Virus record (IMG/VR): IMGVR_UViG_3300020152_000001
Span: 44,766-108,765 of that record
DNA length: 64,000 nt
Source: a virus
Lineage: Duplodnaviria > Heunggongvirae > Uroviricota > Caudoviricetes
Reading direction: 5' to 3' (one strand)
Positions 62,901 through 64,000 of the stretch are shown here, in pieces; within the stretch, counting starts at the first letter, position 1, and the number at the start of each line of letters is the position of its first letter. The notes beneath the pieces were generated by a model. The model had not been told where the DNA came from, searched no databases, and saw nothing but the letters and a program-made list of their open reading frames with translations. A program made the position numbers and the translations under genes.

Positions 62901-63363
62901 AGAATTCAACGAGACCGCCGACGCCGCCGCCCTGCTCTTTGCCGCCGAGAATATTCGGAGCGGACACCGAGAAAGCGCCGTGCGTGGACTGCGGCGGGCC
63001 ATCCCAGATTTCTTCGTCACCCCACCAGATGCGGTGAAGCGTCGAGCCCGTTCCCGTGAACAGGCCCAACGACAGCTGCATGCCTAGATAATAATTGTAG
63101 CCGATCGTCTGTCGCTTAGACGAGAACATCCCCGTCTTGACCTTCTTTGTGATGGCCTTCGCGGAGAAGTCGCCATACCAAAGCACGTTCGGCGCACGGA
63201 TGCGGACGCGGCCCCAGTAGAGGAATACTGGGGTCCCCTCATCAGTCATTGGGAAGTTGAAGTCGCTGAGGCCGGCGGCCTTCGCGTTCTCGATCTTCGG
63301 TTTCGGAGCCAACAGCGCCGAGAGAATGAAGAGACCGACGATAGCGACGATGTACCAGAACAT
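56902..63363 (-). CDS. host-specificity / central tail-fibre protein (2153 aa) with Gly-rich repeats
   Basis: N-terminal VFLYWGRVRIRAPNVLWYGDF resembles the Phage-tail_3 type of GTA-g15 / host-specificity proteins. Two internal Gly-rich duplicated modules. Sits upstream of the lysis genes. Confidence 0.75.
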   Translation of the reverse strand: MFWYIVAIVGLFILSALLAPKPKIENAKAAGLSDFNFPMTDEGTPVFLYWGRVRIRAPNVLWYGDFSAKAITKKVKTGMFSSKRQTIGYNYYLGMQLSLGLFTGTGSTLHRIWWGDEEIWDGPPQSTHGAFSVSAPNILGGKEQGGGVGGLVEFYPGRFDQPRSEYLAEKTELDDAMPAYRGLTYMVLRGLPADTPKITGIPFGGIGFLLWAANLREQQREAAIQRAFWVGERPNLDPISVEVESQPNQLGLGPVGEDGDANPSEVLYDIITSDWGRMAIAGDSVDAASFVAAGTQLAEENHGIAYTLNSATDGRDAIEEILKQIDGFVYEEPTTRQIVIKLVREDYNIEELPIFDPSNILEVTDFGVSQWADTYNQTRVVYNDRESDYNEKTAFAQDLSNITIQGRVRSTEVTFPGVSNGTLANFLAARELNYLSIPITTLRIITNRNGAQLRPGDVIKVTWPEYRIDQLICRVKSFDYGELDNGRVAIDLVQDRFAISKTIFTAPPQTEWVRPITQPQNIIETRIIELPKFIVDRLVAAGEVADGGTVDNAYIGYFMRRPHVNTDSFEAQVSTDGNETYAIDQTDGQFCATATLVNEYPLETSEFHAAGFRISNLDDKIVLRTATDSEIANDVVNVALIGDEMIAYGGYTDHGDGTYTLTNVWRGIGDTSPRTHAAGTRMFFFSEGVDQLGENFFEPGDEVDSFAVSQNAFGQSSPFDATLTHLEMQDRVHLPYPPDQLTVESESYPDELPGPDYDLTWVRRNRTATSITKPNAGDEAPSETTEYFATVTRDGHDEEGPEHDLGSMTTSGTVTDSKPGWVTLRVYARNAVGDSLFPVMRRFISRQPFLLDSDLGLSLQLAGNLSNLGPIEMEANSNLILSLFGVLSNLAPIELQGDLSVALTTAGGISQYPPIEIAGDVDVDLEVSGQLFVSFPHLLEAAPAMSVSLTGALTRTMFLETSTSTTLALSGELFNAPSGFELVVTTDLDLDVAGVLTVAAEPLAAGENDFYFTGAPITRSVPDGVRTLLVNIWGGGGATGYEGGFRASGGGGHAYAILKVEPGDEITIEVGEGGNPGLLTSGGIGGWPDGGSGGRDSNFAGGGGGGSTRIYVNGVLRLVAGAGGGEDGGSAVNGSGGDGGGLSGGVDSGFTTEMIAADQDSAGIQGLAGYETRSGDGRFGGDGFNDGDSETTVQSSGQYSGGGGGGYFGGAGGAATGGGGGSGYAANSADFIDGYTTIRSTNAAAGRYQHGYEVGLGYRLSGESLAGSDGKAFIFAFADEEEFMTAPPPVEPANSTGSINNIRARKFIAPEDMWLDTMHFYTGTAAPATDIRGLIFTDCTDGPGLLLTRTATVTGLSVGDNDIPLLHPIFLRRGDVVWIGFNFGGASYTRSEDPGVLPSGLALQVTSTFANGSPSMIPLTTSENPQTVQYDARASGYIERDNDIDFKMAVVPFLTPTATGTLDITDTALGGRVPKAVLIFGGQSPANSTADHVLYAFGAATPYHQMCVSATIEDNQGISDAESEQRMQNNDAVISTALPGETVSAQAVRAAVDSFIADGVRLNFTTVEATQRQFFAVIIAGHDVKAGVVRNSALHNPNLEVLYDHIGFHPTFGVIGGEFSNLGNGDGSNGVFAAGLGFVDKNANQASVNWIQQTSQSIAGRPSLYMSEDKAQVFASHNSAALNRFVRWKSFNADGFTSEANNTITGDDNITLFVHVPGVDARVLSFMTPTTTGVQSITGLGFQPEFALMIGSSAEAFDTPYFENAQASGFGIAAFDEAGGVGLGAFNQATDPSNCGSAAADNVFYIGRDTSATALRADWDGFTADGFDLDWTAVHTSPVTVSTLVLGRAYNLLATTALTPVVSGFLTVVGSLIAGNTYEVAHTGTRRRYIVEAGVSSISVKLWGAGGGGGIYVSGSSDGGGGGFTEATFAVSEGDVVEVEVGGGGGPGVYLTEGGAGGWPDGGDGARGDVAGGGGGGSTRVYINDVLVAVAGAGGGGVGFGSSDGGAGGGTSGQDSGGTTGGSGGTQLAGGNDRSDTSNLGKTGTQVRGGNGFGTATADRFTTTSDDGGGGGGGYWGGGGGGGDGHPGGGGSGYVDAGATSGSTTAGNFATPAGTADPDYPGAPIAVGGTAGDDPSILAQKGGDGYAVITASA

Positions 63364-63402
63364 TTCTGCTGGGCCTTACGTGATGTCAGTTTGGCTTACG
63401 CG

Positions 63403-64000
63403 TTAGCGCAAACGAGGAGTCGCGAACGGGTTGATGGTCGGGATCGTTGGATGACCGCCGAAGTTGATCGCGTTGTTGAACTTGTTGTGGCAGTCGGCGA
63501 GCGTGTGGTCGCAGCCACGGAAGATTTCGACGTTGTCGCCTACCAGGAGTTCGCGGAACGGATACGCGATGGTGATGAAGGGGCCAGTCTGCTCGACGAT
63601 GAGGCGACGCTCTCCGTCGATGGCCCGCACGATTTCACCGGCGTTGAATTCAGCGTCGCCGAACGCGCCGATCGACGCCACAGCAAGCGTGAGTTTGCCG
63701 CCATAGGCGGTGATTTGTGTCTGCACGCGGTTGGGCACACGGTTGACGCTGCATCGCGGCCCGTAGAGGACGTGGTTGCACTGAGTCTGGTAATAGATAT
63801 TCGGGATCGACGACGCCATTTGCGACGCGAAGATCGAGGGAATGGTGATCTTGGCCGTGCGGTTGTCGACGGTGATCTTCGTGATCTTGCCCGTCCAGAA
63901 GACGACATCTTCTCCGTCTTCGCCGTGTCGGCGGTAGATCGTGAGACTGAGAAGACGCCGAGCAATGCCGAAGGCGTAATCCTGCACGACATCCATCTCG
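63403..64000 (-). CDS. GTA g13-like tail protein (BR0599/DUF2163-like), truncated by window end
   Basis: C-terminal FRGCDHTLADCHNKFNNAINFGGHPTIP matches the conserved C...C..KF..NFGG motif of that family. The ORF probably continues beyond the window. Confidence 0.45.
   Translation of the reverse strand, partial: EMDVVQDYAFGIARRLLSLTIYRRHGEDGEDVVFWTGKITKITVDNRTAKITIPSIFASQMASSIPNIYYQTQCNHVLYGPRCSVNRVPNRVQTQITAYGGKLTLAVASIGAFGDAEFNAGEIVRAIDGERRLIVEQTGPFITIAYPFRELLVGDNVEIFRGCDHTLADCHNKFNNAINFGGHPTIPTINPFATPRLR

Larger units (their letters stand above)
1..64000. mobile_element. Temperate bacteriophage / prophage genome segment (larger than window)
   Basis: Contiguous phage functions: integrase, CI-like repressor, DNA pol A, primase-helicase, RNA ligases, endolysin, holin/spanins, tail fibre, GTA-like tail gene. 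No host housekeeping genes. Dense operons with ATGA overlaps. Confidence 0.8.

Noticed and set aside
1-64000. CRISPR arrays, IS elements/transposases, rRNA genes
   Set aside because: No regularly spaced direct repeats with unique spacers, no transposase motifs (DDE/HUH), and no rRNA-like sequence were seen.

Overview
This is a GC-rich (about 62-64%) bacteriophage or prophage region of alphaproteobacterial type. It is gene-dense, with many translationally coupled ATGA/GTGA start-stop overlaps. It is truncated at both window ends, so the element is larger than 64 kb. No ordinary host housekeeping genes are visible.

Layout:
- 1-2835 (+): BCS1-like AAA ATPase (5' partial) and small proteins.
- 2707-26953 (-): a long leftward operon. 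Products include two nucleoside-2-deoxyribosyltransferase-like proteins, an Rnl2-like RNA ligase, a GH24 endolysin, DUF1643, a UvrD-like helicase, a C5-cytosine methyltransferase, a PD-(D/E)xK nuclease, a MazG-like protein, a SLOG-like protein, an SspB-like ClpXP adaptor, an AEP-primase/SF3-helicase, a membrane protein plus HslV-like peptidase, a split T4-Pnkp-like kinase/Rnl1-ligase/HAD-phosphatase RNA-repair cassette, and a minimal tyrosine recombinase.
- About 26972-27088: a divergent promoter region.
- 27089-52495 (+): a long rightward operon. Products include rIIA-like GHKL ATPase and rIIB-like proteins, a terminator, peptide deformylase, a flotillin/Band7 protein, small membrane and secreted proteins, DUF4326, an SNF2 helicase, an HD hydrolase, an NPPY DNA methyltransferase, family-A DNA polymerase, DnaQ-like exonuclease, Cas4-like nuclease, RecD/Dda-like helicase, a CCA-adding-like nucleotidyltransferase head domain, an S78 prohead-protease-like protein, dNMP kinase and class II RNR.
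- 52496-53014: an AT-rich, repeat-dense intergenic region.
- 53015-55883: a temperate module (CI-like HTH+S24 repressor, Xis-like protein, tRNA-Arg(CCG), tyrosine integrase, XRE regulator) with perfect GTCATATATGAC palindromes.
- 55909-64000 (-): a late region with overlapped o-/i-spanins, a holin-like protein, a 2153-aa Gly-rich host-specificity/tail-fibre protein, and a GTA-g13-like (BR0599/DUF2163) tail gene (3' partial).

The most notable sequence-level observations are:
- a recurrent CGTAAGT-N5-T[TGA]AC[ACG][CTA] (often TTGAC-N4-) element upstream of at least 13 genes in both orientations;
- a second TTGACA-N14-TGATAGTG promoter class driving apparently leaderless mRNAs;
- a dispersed tRNA-repair toolkit (two RNA ligases, split Pnkp, CCA-like nucleotidyltransferase, own tRNA);
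- phage-borne proteostasis genes (SspB-like, HslV-like, BCS1-like AAA, flotillin, peptide deformylase);
- a Dcm methyltransferase with a nearby PD-(D/E)xK nuclease.
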